DNA of 64,000 bases from positions 32,116,001 to 32,180,000 of the forward strand of contig OX597829.1 of the NCBI GenBank assembly GCA_951406725.2, in the 5' to 3' direction. The notes beneath the pieces were generated by a model that saw only the letters and a list, made by a program, of their open reading frames with translations, had not been told where the DNA came from and did no database searches. The position numbers and the translations under genes were made by a program. This DNA is from Octopus vulgaris. Taxonomy: Eukaryota. Positions 12,001 through 25,412 of this stretch are shown one piece after another. Numbering within the stretch: position 1 is the stretch's first letter; each line of letters starts with the position of its first letter.

Positions 12001-15000
12001 TTTTTGGTCAGCTGAAAGCATTTTGGCACAAACTTGGCAGACACGAGTCTCATATACAAATCTTCAGTGTTAATGGACTGAACTGAGTAACTAATTTGTA
12101 CATTCTTTGAGAAACTCATGGATGGTGATTTGACAAATTCCCCTCACAGCTGCTCACACATCTGCAATGTTTTTCTCAGTTCTACTGGTTGCAGGTCTCC
12201 CAGAATGTTCAATACCGACATTTTTCAGCCACCTTGGAAACATCTGAACCCCTCGTACACTTGTGTGCAGCTCATACACTCCTTGTCATACACTTTCTGC
12301 AACTTTGCATAGGCCTCAGAACAGATATTACCATGACAACTTTCTCTGTCATGGTCAATGTGATGATCACACACTACACACGTTCCTTCCAAGCACTACT
12401 GTAAACAGTGGAAGTGAGCTAGAATGTTAAAACTTAGTGCATATACACAGCAGAGTTCAAAGTCAATCTTTGCCAAGTGGCTTCACTCTGCAAGTTTTAG
12501 CTTCATTACTATAGCAACAGTCCAAATACTTATTGATCAGACCTTGTATAATACTTACATGTAATATTGTGCTGAATCAAAAGTTTTTTTGATATTTTGG
12601 TAACTTATTTGCTTTATTTGTCACATTACGATAAAAGCAGCCTAGCCTTCAAGTTCGCCATCTCAAGCCACCTTTCTATTAGTTCTTTGATCCCATTCTA
12701 ATACCAGTCCTTGTCCTTTGAGGTGAAGGACTCCTTCACTGAAACTTCTACCTCCTCTTGGTTGATGAAGTATTACAAGCGCAAGAAGTGAGTCATGGAT
12801 CGGAGCAAGTAATAATCTGAGGGAGATATTTTCCCACAATCCTAATGAACATAAGCAGTGGTTAAGCAAGGGCCATGTTCTGGAAATTGTCACCAAACAT
12901 GGACATTTCAAACACAGGGTTGTGCTCTATATCAGGTGAAATTATAAGAGGATAATTCACTACAAATACATTTCAAACCATCGATGCCAATCTGTACTCC
13001 ACACAACAGGAACATGCCATTCTATGGCAAAAGTACCCAGCACTGGTTAACAAAAAAGTGAGCTCTTCTGCAGCAAGACAACACAAGACCTCAAACAACT
13101 TGAACAATCTAGAATACACTCCAGAAACTTGAGGAAATCAAACTGATGCCACATTCAGCACATAGCTCTCTAAGATTATTGCTCATTCCTAACACAAACA
13201 CAAATATATATACATGTATACAATGGGCTTTTTAATTTTTGCCCCTCACATTGACCCAGGATTATAGCAGAAGATACCTGCCCAAAGTGCTGTGCAGTGG
13301 GACTGAACACAAGACCACATGGTTAGAAAGCAAGCTTCTTAACTGCACAACCACATCTGCAATTATTTTATGTATAATACTTTCTATAATATAAATTTGT
13401 ATTCTATAATACTTACAGCATGAATGAGAGGTCCAAGAACTAAAGCACTGTCAACACACCTTCCTGTAACAACAATATCAGCACCAAGATCAAGGGCCCT
13501 TGCTATTGGACCAGCACTTTGATGAAAAGAGTGAAAGGAAAAAAAATTAATTAATTAATAAATAAATAAATGAATATATTAAACAATTAACAATTTTCCA
13601 TCCATTTGCTTTTGTTACCTCTTTTTTACAGCAAACTTTCATGGATGAACCCCAAATATTCTTTTTTTGCTACAGAAAACAGGACTTTTTGTCATGAGAT
13701 AAGAATAAAAGAATACAGATCCTTCTATAAAATATATCTAAATCTCAATAGACTCATAAGAAAATATCTACTGCATTTGATGGTATGCAAGATATGAAAC
13801 TGGGCCTCTCATAAACTTTCATTCCACTGCTCACAATTTTATTGGCTGCAGCTGTGCATCGTTAACCAGCTAGAGGAGAGGTCCTCTTGGGGTTAAAAAA
13901 TCACAATTAACTCCACTCAAACAGACAGCCCTGTTAAAGTGGCTGCAAATATTACACTAAAAACTTATTTTTTCCTAAATATGCACTGCTGAAAATGGCA
14001 TGTATGTAATACGCCATCAAATACAATATATTCTTTACTTTTTTTATATATTCTTTATTTTTTTATACCAACTTACCTGAGACCACCTGTTTTAAAATAA
14101 TATCATTAAAAAAATTCCATCAAAATTTTATGGTAATTCATGGTCCCAAACATTATAATGACAAAGCTATTTAGTAAATTCTTCAACATTTCAAAATTAA
14201 TTATAATCGACAGAAATATGGTTACACAAGGGTTAAAGTGATCCAGATCAAAACAGTCCATCAAAATGTTCCAAACACTAGATAATAATAACAAAGTTAA
14301 CCAAGTAAATTATTCTTCATTATTTTCAGAATCAATTGTATGGCAGTGTATGTTAATAGAAATAAGCTGAACAAACAGGTTAAGAAATTTTTCTTGTATA
14401 AAATTTATGGGCCAACAAAACTCAAATAACTGGCTGTATTTACAAGATGAATATATATATCATCATCATCATCATAAGCATCACCATGCTAGCATAGGTT
14501 GGACTATAACAAGGGGTTGCCTTGTGGAAATTCTTCTATCCCTCTGCCTTTCATCTGTTTGGAGTCAATAAAATAAAGTAGCAGTCAAATACTGGGACTG
14601 ATTTAACTGACTACTGCCTCACCCCTCTCAGGTCCATTGCTTATTTGAAACATGACAGTGAACTGGTAGAGTCACTTAAATGTCTTAAAAAATACTTTGC
14701 AGTATTTCTTCGGGCTCTTTACATTCTGAATTCAAATGCTGCCATGGTCAAGTTTACCTTTCTTTCACCCCTCTGGGGGTCATTAAAAGATCAATCCAGT
14801 ACTATGATCAGTGGTATCAGCTAATTTCCACCCAACAAAATTACTGGCCTTGTGCCTAAATCATCATCATCATCATTATCATTATTACAAAGGCACCAAG
14901 CTGGCAAAATCGTCAGCACACCGGGCAAAATACTTAATGGTATTTTGTCTGTCTTTGCGTTGTGAGTTCAAATGCTGCCAGGGTCGACTTTGCCTTTCAT

Positions 15001-15131
15001 CATTTTGGGGGTCAATAAATTGAGTACCAGTTACGCACCAGGATCGATGTAATCAACTTAATCCCGTCTTCCAAATTTGAGGCCTTGTGCTTCCAGGAGA
15101 AAAGATTATTGTTGTTGTTGTTGTTATTTAC

Positions 15132-15178
<47 letters not shown>

Positions 15179-18100
15179 AAGTAGTAGAAGAAGAAGAAGA
15201 AGAAAAGATTATTATTTTTGCTAGTATACCAGACAAAATATTTAGTGACATTTTGCCCATCCTCATATTCTGGATCCAAGTTTTGCTGTGGTTAACTTTG
15301 CCTTTCATCCTTTCAAGGTCAATAAAGTAAATAGCAGTTGAACACTGGGGTCAATGTAATCAACTAGCCCCACTTCCCTAAAATATTTCTGGCCTTGTGC
15401 TTATAGTAGAAAGGAACAGCAGCAGTAGCAGCAAAAGTAGCATTGTTGCATCAGTAAAGATTGAATTTTAGAACTCTCTTTTTCAATCACATTCTTCACA
15501 ATGGCATCTACCAATTCTACATCTTCATTTAACTATAGCTATATCTTTTAGAGTAAACTTATTTCTTTACATTTTCCCCTTTGGAGTAGTCAAGTATTGC
15601 CTCTTTAGCAAGATACCTGTGATTCTCCACGTATCATAACCTCTCAATTCCTGTCATAAAGGTACCTCTCCCCACTCTCAAAGCTTCGCCCCCCACCCCC
15701 ACCCCACGCCACCACTACTTAGTCACAGGGTGCTTTTTTTCTTCTTTTCTTGTTCTTTTCCTGTCTTGCAACCTAACAAATGCTTGTAGCATGAAATAAA
15801 AGCAACCAATACACTGAATGAAGTGGTTGGCATTAGGAAGGGTATCAAGCTGTAGAAACCATACCAAAGCTGACACTGGAGCTAAATGCCTCACTGGATC
15901 CTGTCAAACTGCCCAATCCATTCCAGCATGGAAATTGATGTTAAATAAAGATGATGACGGCAGTAGTGGCAGAGATGGCAGCGACAGCGACGACAATGAC
16001 GGTATATGAAGAAGACACTGGGAGATATGTCAATCATCTCAGACAAAGAAAAACCCCGAGCAATATTGCAATTCAATATTGCAATAACTAATTCAAGAAA
16101 ACAGGAAACCAAAACAATAAAATATAGGAAGATGGTACAAGTGGGTCAAACTTTTGTCAGGATGTTCTGATGAGAGGAAACCATTATTAATTCTACCACT
16201 AAATATCATGAGAATATGCAGAGAAAGAATTCAAAGAAAAGCAGTGAATATAAGAAAGCTAGAAGATTGATGGTGGTAGTATGTAGATTTAATAAATTGT
16301 TTGGCATTTATTGATCAGTGTTCTTTCTTTTTTTTTTCCATGAGTTTTACCATAATGTTGAGCAAATGAGAGAAATCTCCTCCTTGGATAGTACAAGAAT
16401 CTGTTAGAGCAGTGTTCCCCAAATTGATAATCCCCTATCTCTGTCTTTAGTGAAATTTTTACCCCATCTTTCTTTCTTTATTAACAGGAAAGCATAGGGT
16501 GCACATGGAACAGAGAGAATCCAAACAATAACACATTTATTCACTCCCAACACAACTCTGGCAAATTTAAACATGAATATCACTTCCTTTTAGATAATGT
16601 ACGTTAATAATACACATGGCTCACTAATGTAAGGGGACTTTGAGACACCACAGTGTCTCTTCAGCTAAAGCTAACCAGCCAAACTGATGAATCCAACGAG
16701 AGCACAAATTCTCACTTATAGCAACTAATTCGTTTGCTGATTTCTATAAACAAGAGCTTGTTGGATTCATCAGTCAGGAGGAGTAACTTTCACTGAAGAG
16801 ACACACAATTAGGTAGTAACACAGTGGTATTTTGAAGTCCCCTTCCACTAATGAATCATGTGTTATGAACTCACATCATCTGAATCTATTGAAAAGGGAC
16901 AACAGCACTCAGATATTCACACACACACACACACCCATATTGGCCAGAGTACGTTGGGAATGAGTAAAACACAGTTTACATTCTTATAATTCTTTCTTTG
17001 ATGTGATGTTGGATAAGTTTACAAAGTTTAAAATCATTTAATTTATTTAAACATGGAAATTTGTCTAGCCCCTTTTCAATCCAGACAGTCCTTAACTTCT
17101 CCCTAAAAAATGTTTTATTATGGTTTGTTCATGAATACAATTTAGTACTTGTGGTTGGATTACAAACAGCTGTCTCAATTATTCATGCATTTGTTTATTT
17201 TATTATCTTTTACTTGTTTTAGACATTGGACTATGGCCATGCTGGAGCACACTTTTGAAGGGTTTAGCTAAGTGGCTTTCAACTATTTTTTTTTTTACCT
17301 ATGGACCCTTTTGATTCCAATTTTACTCTACTAGTCACCCACAGCATTCCATGTTTAAAAAAACCCTGTTATATTTTTATGATTACATATTGTTAGGACT
17401 TGTATCAAAAAGATTTTTTTAAACATTTTGAGTATTGTAAAAGTATAACCAATTTATTGTAGATAAACTTTAACAGCAAAAATGGACCCCAAGAGTCATA
17501 TGGATCCTGATTGAATATGTTTTTAAAGTCTTGTACTTATTTTATTGGTGTCTTCTGCTAAACCACTATATTACAGAGACATAAACAAACCAACACCAAG
17601 TGGTGGGTGACAAAACAAAAGGGGACACACACACACACACACACACATATATGATGGGCCTCCACACAGTTTTCCCTCTACCAAATTCACTTACAAGGAT
17701 TTTGATCACCCTGAATCTATACTAAAAGACACTTGCCCATGGTGCCTTGCAGTGGGACTGAATGCAATGCCAAGTTTCTTACCACATAGCCATGCTTATT
17801 ATTAAATTAAATTAATTTTTTTTAAATTTTATACTTAGGGTAAAAGGGGCAGCACCCATTAACTTTTGTGGGCCCCGACCTCCAAGATAGTGAAACTGAT
17901 ATGACCGATGCTGAGTGTGAACCTCTGCTGGCCACATGCTTACAAAAGAGTGGACTTTGTTAAAGATACCCTAGGACAAAGTGGTATGGTTAAATCAGAC
18001 AGTATTTAATATTTACCAACCCAAATAAAGGCACCCTGAGAACAGGAAATGATCATGATATCTGTAGTAGTGCATAAAGCTTACCAACAAAGCTAAAGAT

Positions 18101-20076
18101 TGTGCTGACTTATAGCCAAAATGCCAAAAATAGTTACAAAAAAAGACCTTTTCCCATCCAAAGGGGTTTTGTAGCCCAATATTTAAATGCTATTATTTAT
18201 AGTTTTTTGCTATTTTGAGTTCCACTGTTTAAAACAGATTATTTCATATTCTCTCAAAATTTCCAAATTCTTATGAGACTAGGGACAGTATATTTTTATT
18301 CAATGGAAATAAAAGTTTCTGAGAACAACAAAAAAAAACCATCTTTTTTCCATTCAGCTGCTTTTGATCTACCACTAGACAAAGTCTCTACATGACATTA
18401 CCAGATTATTTTGTTGGCATTAGGAAGGGCATCCAGCTGTAGAAACCAAGCCAAAATAGACTGGAGCCTGATGCAGCTCTCCGGCTCACCAGCTCCAGTA
18501 AAACTGTTTTACCCATCCCAGCACAGAAAATGGATGCTAAGTGATGATGATTATGATGATGACTGCAGACCTACCTGTCTATGCTGGCCAACTGAGGACC
18601 AATTTCAGATAGGATAGAGTGCTCACATCATTGTGTGATTAGTTGAAATAGCTGTTGGTGTCAGTAAAGTTTGAACTCAGAATGCAAGAGCATGGACAAT
18701 ACCACAAAGCATTTTGCCAACTGTCCTGGACTGATACTTTATTTTTATCAGCCCTGAAACTGAAAGTGAAGATGCATAATCTAGTGGTTAAGGTTGCAAG
18801 ATCGTGGTTTCAACTCCTTGACTGGGTAGTGTATTGGACTTTGAGTAAAGCATTGCATTTCACTTTGCTCCAGTCCTCCATTCAGCAGTAAAGAGTAACC
18901 CCGCAAAGAACTAGTGTCCCATTCAATGAGGATGTTGTGATCTCAGACAATTATACAGGATGAAAAGTGGGTAACCAGCACTATGAGACCTGGGACTTAA
19001 GACAACAATATACAAAGGTTGATGAAGCTGATAATGATGATGATGAATGAAAATGTTGACCTGGGTGGGATATGAACTCAGGATGCAGAAAGCTGAAATA
19101 ATACTACAAGTTATTCTAAAGGCACTAAAGGTATTCAGTTCAATGATCTAATGATTTTACCAATTCATCATTTTTTTTAAAGTGAATAAATAAATAAATA
19201 AAACAGCAACAAAATTAACCAATGATGTAATTTGGTTGTGTTAGATATATTCTTTAAGTTGTAGGAGTTGGGGAATATCCATTGTCTTCTATAAGTTTAT
19301 CTACAGTACAGGGCATGATGCTAGTTAAAGTGGGTATAAATACAGTTACTGCTCAGTGTTGGAGTCAGGTCAGGGAGGGGGAACATAAGGAGAGTGTGCC
19401 AATAGTTATATTTTTCCTGAAGAGGTAGAAGAAACAATGTTACTGCTTTCTGTTTGTTACTCTTTAAGCACAAGGTCTCTAAGACAAACTAACAGTAACA
19501 ATAACGATAATTAAATATACACCAAACTAATTTACTTACCCAAGATAGGCATTCATACTATGAATTGTTTTGGGGATTTTCATTCCTGAAGACATTTCTT
19601 GAATGTTTGACTGTGAAATTTCTTTCACCTGAAACCAAATCATTAACCAAAAAGTAAAAAAAAAAAAAGAATAACAAATAAATAAATGAATGAAGGAATG
19701 AAATGAACTACTGAAAAATTATTATTGAAAAAAATAGTACTTCTTATTATTGAGTTGGAGCATAATTATTGCATCTCTTTTTCAACAAATTTTATTCAAC
19801 AAAAACAATAACAATATTTTACAAAAACATCTTTAAATGATGGTCTGACCGTCTGCCAAGCAAAGCAAATGGGAAGCAGTAATTGAAGTAGATGGTGAAT
19901 ATGCTCTGGAATAATCATTTAAAGATGTTTTTTGTTACATGTTGTTATTGTTTTTGTTGAATAAAATTTGTAGAAAAAAAGCTGCAGTAATTATGCACCA
20001 ACCCAATATTATTATCATATTATCTCTTAGCCCCTTATAAATTGGTGGGCTTATTTTTATAATAATAATAATGATG

Positions 20077-20130
<54 letters not shown>

Positions 20131-22094
20131 GTAATAACAACAACAATAATAGGAGGGGAGGAGGAGAAGGCACAACAATTGCAGTTTCATTAAGCTATGG
20201 TCTTGCATATAGAGACCCTCTTTTGAGAGCTCATCAAATTTATCTTAGTTGGGGACAAAAAGAACAACATTATATACGGTACATAAAAAGAAGGCAGAGG
20301 AAAGCCAAGTATTCTGGTTATCTAAAAGTGCAGCTGATTAAAAGAACAATCCCAACCATAAGAACTTCCCTGAAAAGCTGCCTAAAAGAATGCAAAGACA
20401 AAAGAAGGGAAAGGCTATGAACAGACAATGTTTTAAATTGACAAAAGAACAGTTTTCTGTGTCATAGCTCTGTTGCTTTAGGTTAAAAGGAAAGACAGCA
20501 AACTTATTGTTCAGAGCAATTGTTGCACACAACATAATGTAGAAAACTTATTGTACATGGTATAAGGCCAGACATCCAATACTGGATTATAACTAAACTA
20601 TATATATTCTGAAGAATGGAAGTTGAAAGTGAGTATTTACTGTACAGAGTCTAAGACCAGATAGGGAATCAGTTCCAAGCTGTGAATGCCTAGAATACAG
20701 ACATGTAGTGCATTCTCATTGGCTTTTTGTTTTCGTGCAAGATAACTGAACATATTTGCACAGAAATCACAAACCTATGTCTCATCACCAGTGATGTTGG
20801 TTCTCATGAAGTCTGGGCCATAGTTTGCACAGTCTAGTATGTCCCGAGTGATTTCCATACAGAGTTGCTTCTGCTGCTCCACCAGCACTCTTGGGATTAA
20901 TTTTACCAACACCCTTTGCATGTACAAATCCTCCATTAACCCTTTAATATTTAAACTGTCCATATCAGACCGAAATATTTTACCTGTTCTATGCTTAAAC
21001 TGGCCAGGTCCAGCCTCTCATATGTATCCTATAATGTCGTTCTTAAAATAAACAAACGCATCAAAATATCGAAGCTACAAGATAATCTATATATATAAAA
21101 CTGTAGTTGTGTGAGTGTCTGTCCCCTTCGATTTAGATTCCTAACTACTCCCACATTTTGCGGTGCAGTTTAACCAAATTCGGGTATCTTATAGTCGTGA
21201 TTCATATCGAGTATTAGCGCGCGTCTACGATGAGTCTACGATTTTAAAAATAATTTAACATCATTTTTTATTCCATTTTAATGCATAATTTTTCGTGTGT
21301 CAATGGCGGCGGAGTTGGCGTCCATGGTCACGCCTGCACCTGTTTGCTTCTCCCCCTTCTTCCCTCCCTCGTGAAGCTGTGGGGAAGGGAGTGTAAGGAA
21401 ATCAACGTCGTAAAGCGTTGTCAAGGAGACCAGGGTTCTTTTAGAACAACAACTTCATGGCTTGAAGACACCAAAACAGAAATGGCTAAGAAAGCCCGAA
21501 TTGGCATCTATAAGGGAAGTAACTCTCTAAAAATGCTTATATAGTTATTTCCCTTACAAACCCGAGCAACGCCGGGCGATACTGCTAGTAGATGATAAAT
21601 TCAAAACAATGTGAATAAACAAGCATTACATTCAACAGAATAAATCTGAATACTAAAGGGTTAAAATGAAATGTACTGATCCTTTGCTTATTCCCACTTT
21701 GTGAGCAATTTCCTGGATTGTTACATGATGGTCTTCCATGGGTATTTGCCAAACCATCTCCATCAGCCCCTCATTTTGGCTTGTGATTGGCCTGCCTGAA
21801 CGTGCCTTGCTCTCCACTCAGGTGCTACCATGTTTGAAGTGGTTGTACCACTCTTTGATCTGAGTTTTGGCCATGACATCATCACCAAAGGCATGCTGAA
21901 TCTTCTGCATGGTGTGAGCTTTTGACAAAACTTGTTGCAAAATCTCCACTTGATGTATTCAGCTATCTTGCATGAAAATGAAAATCTGACACTACATGTC
22001 TATGCTCTGGGTGTAACAGCCAGGAATTAGACCATTAGATAAATTAGATATTGATAAAAGAACAGGTTGAAATAATTTCTGAGATCAATATGTA

Positions 22095-22160
<66 letters not shown>

Positions 22161-25100
22161 TGTGATAAATGCAACAAAACTTCCATAAAATATTCAACTC
22201 CTAAACAAGTATAATGAGTGTCCTTTATGTGACACTGGCATGGGTGCCTTTTATGCATCACCAGCATGGGTGCCTCTCACACATCACCAGCACAGGTACC
22301 TTTCACATGTCACCATGACTACAATTTCACTTAGCTTGGTGTGTCTTCTCAAGCACAGTAAATCATCAAAAATCTTAAATAATATTTCAAATAAAACTAA
22401 TAAAAAAGAAGGCTATTTCTCTGTTCTCTTAATTGAACCAATTAAACTTCTTTGTCCTCCATAATGACTAACTTTATTCGACTCCTCGTGGCTACATATT
22501 AGCGTAACAAATTACCTTTGGCATCAGATTATCTCCAGTGACAACTGCTATGTTCATGTCAACTCCAGCCTCCTGGGACAATTTCTTCAAAACTTCTGCA
22601 CAAGATAATGGGTTTATTCCACCTGCATTGCTAACCACACGAATTTCTTGATAAAAATATGAAAAAAACCACTGTTGCTACTTAACAGAATAGTCGTCAT
22701 GTAATAAGCAATATAAATTTAACAACAAACTGATGAATGAAAAATTATAATAAACAGTAAATTGAGGGAATAGGGCAGTCATTAGTGCACAACTGAGTAG
22801 ATCAATGATTAATGATCGAAAGCATCCCATCCATGACCACCTCTTAGAACTACATTATCTTATGTAGGGAAACATTCACAACCTATTTCAGGGTTTTCAA
22901 GGTCTGGACCAGATCTCTAGTGTTATTCCAAATTCTTGCAATAGACTGGACATCAATAAAAACTCCCAAACTCAAGAATTAGTGCTAAACTGGGCAATGG
23001 ACTATTTAAGATAGATAGAGATTGAAGAAGGTTTGACTGTTATATTTCTAATAGGTCAAGTGACCTTGTCAAGTCTCCCTCTCTGGTCCAGAATTATTGG
23101 AACAGAAGTTACAGGTGGTCAAATAGAGAAGACAATTGACTCAGAGGGCTGATAATTCATATCCGTCACAAGTATGTGTAAGGGTCAACATACCAATATA
23201 TCTTGATATACCAATTCTTTAAATGTATCACATCCACCAAATCAAAAAGGTACCACATAACCAATCAAAGGTCTAATATACTAAATTCACACTGGCTTAA
23301 TTCCTTAGAAATATCAGGACTAGCAGATTTCTGATGTTTAACTGTACAGATAAGGTACCAGACATCAACAAATAAGCCACTGGATTATATTCCATAACCA
23401 GAAATCTAATAGGGAACTGGGAAAGACTTTTTAAAATCTCAAATGGCCTGATCCAACTTGTAAACAAATACTCCAGAGTGAGAAAAGGGAGCACTGCATA
23501 ATTACTCAGTAGTGTATCTTTAGTTTGCAGTAAAAAAGTTCAAGTAGCCCAGTAGAGCAGAAGTGAGCAATGGGGTACCACTTCGTAAAAGATGTTAATA
23601 TCTGCAGCATCGAATACAATTCAATTTTCTTCTATGACTTCTTAGAAATGAGCTGGAAAAAACAACCCCATGACTCTACCAAGAGATTCTGAAAGCATTG
23701 ATTATGGTAATGATGCCAATAAATTATGATGGTGGTGGTGGTGGTGGTGGTGGTGATGAGGAGGAGGAGGAGGGCAATAATGTTGATAATTTTATTGATT
23801 TCTAACATAGGCACAAGACCATGATTTGGTGTGGGGTGGGGGCAGTAAATTAAATTGATTCCAATACTTGACTTTATGTTACTGACACCTAAACTGGTAC
23901 TCCATTAGTTATGATAAGGGTTCCAGTTGATCTGATCAATAGAACAGGTTGCTCATAAAATCAACATGCAAGTGGCTGAGCACTCCACAGACATGCATAA
24001 CCTTGATGTAGTTCTCAGCATGACACAAATGTGACAAGGCTGACCCTTTGAAATACAAGTACTGCTCATTTTTGCCATCTGAATGAACTGGAATAATGTG
24101 AAATAAAGTGTCTTGCTCAAGAAACACAACGTGTTGCTGGGAATTGAACTCATGACCTTACGATCATGAGCTGAATATCCTAACTACTAAATCATGCACC
24201 TTCACACCTGAAAGAATCATAGAAAGAGTGGACCACAGTGAGATTTGAACTCAGACTGTAAAATATCATAACTGATATCATAACTTCATAACTTCAAGGC
24301 ATTTTTCTGACATTACTAACAATTCTCTTGATGAAAATGGTGACAATAATTATGTTAATAAAATTCATGATGATGATGATGATGATGGATCATAATGTTA
24401 ATGATATTAATGATGAGGACAAAAAATTTAATAAAAAAAAAGAAAAAAAGGACTTCCACTTACTTTTTTCTTTGATAGTCTTTAGATATGGTGCCAGAGA
24501 GAAATGGATAAAATCTGGAGCATATCCCATGGCCTTTGGAATATAATAAATATTATATAAATATTTTCATTCATTTATTTATTTACTTATTTTACAAAAT
24601 ACATTTTAAAACATTCTATGAATAAAAACATGCAAGTGTAGATGTTGTCAATAAAGCAGATATAATTTTCTTTTATTTGAAATAGGTAACATTTGTTTCA
24701 ATCTATATATATAAAGCTGAAGTTGTCTGTGTGTGGCAGGTTTGGTAGGCTTCAACTAACGCTATCTCTCTAACGCTATGCATGTTGACCAAAATTGAGA
24801 GTATGATAGAAGAAAGCTTGCTCTTCATTCTGTAGAAGATAAAATTCAAATCGGACCATGTTAACACCAAAAATTATTTACATCAAAAAGGTGCTTTTTC
24901 CTATGAAAATCCCTATTTTTTATGATATTTTTACTGCTGTATCGCCATTTTTCGGTGTATTTCAACCAGAAAATGTTCACTTAAAGAGAATAACAAGCTA
25001 CATAATGCAAAATTTTTACTTTTCAAAAATTCCAATTCTAAAGGGTCGAAACAAACCCGAGCAACGCTGGGTGATACTGCTAGTATATTGATATTTTAGA

Positions 25101-25371
25101 CTCTTGATACTATGACAGAACAAGGATAGAAAGGACAGAAAGGAATTAAAAGTTCAAATCCATGATATTGAAATTAATCATAAGAAGACAGAAGATTGTT
25201 AAATTCATGCATATTGATTGATAGAGATATCTGGCTTTATGGTTACAAAGTTGCTTCTTAACCTCATGGTTTTGGGTTCAGTTCCCCTGTGTGGCAGCTT
25301 GTGACAACTAAAGCATTGTAAATGGTTTCAGATGATGGAAACTGAAAAGAAGCCTGTTGTGTATGGGTGTT

Positions 25372-25412
<41 letters not shown>

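Larger units (their letters stand above)
20760..21990 (-). mobile_element. mariner transposase remnant split by nested insertions
   Basis: [27 protein letters not shown]...[18 protein letters not shown]|[19 protein letters not shown]...NITGDET reads contiguously once 20940-21664 is removed. Confidence 0.88.

Noticed and set aside
17838-17985. Plus-strand exon-like GC-richer segment with tag/gtatgg borders
   Set aside because: Stop codons in all three frames.
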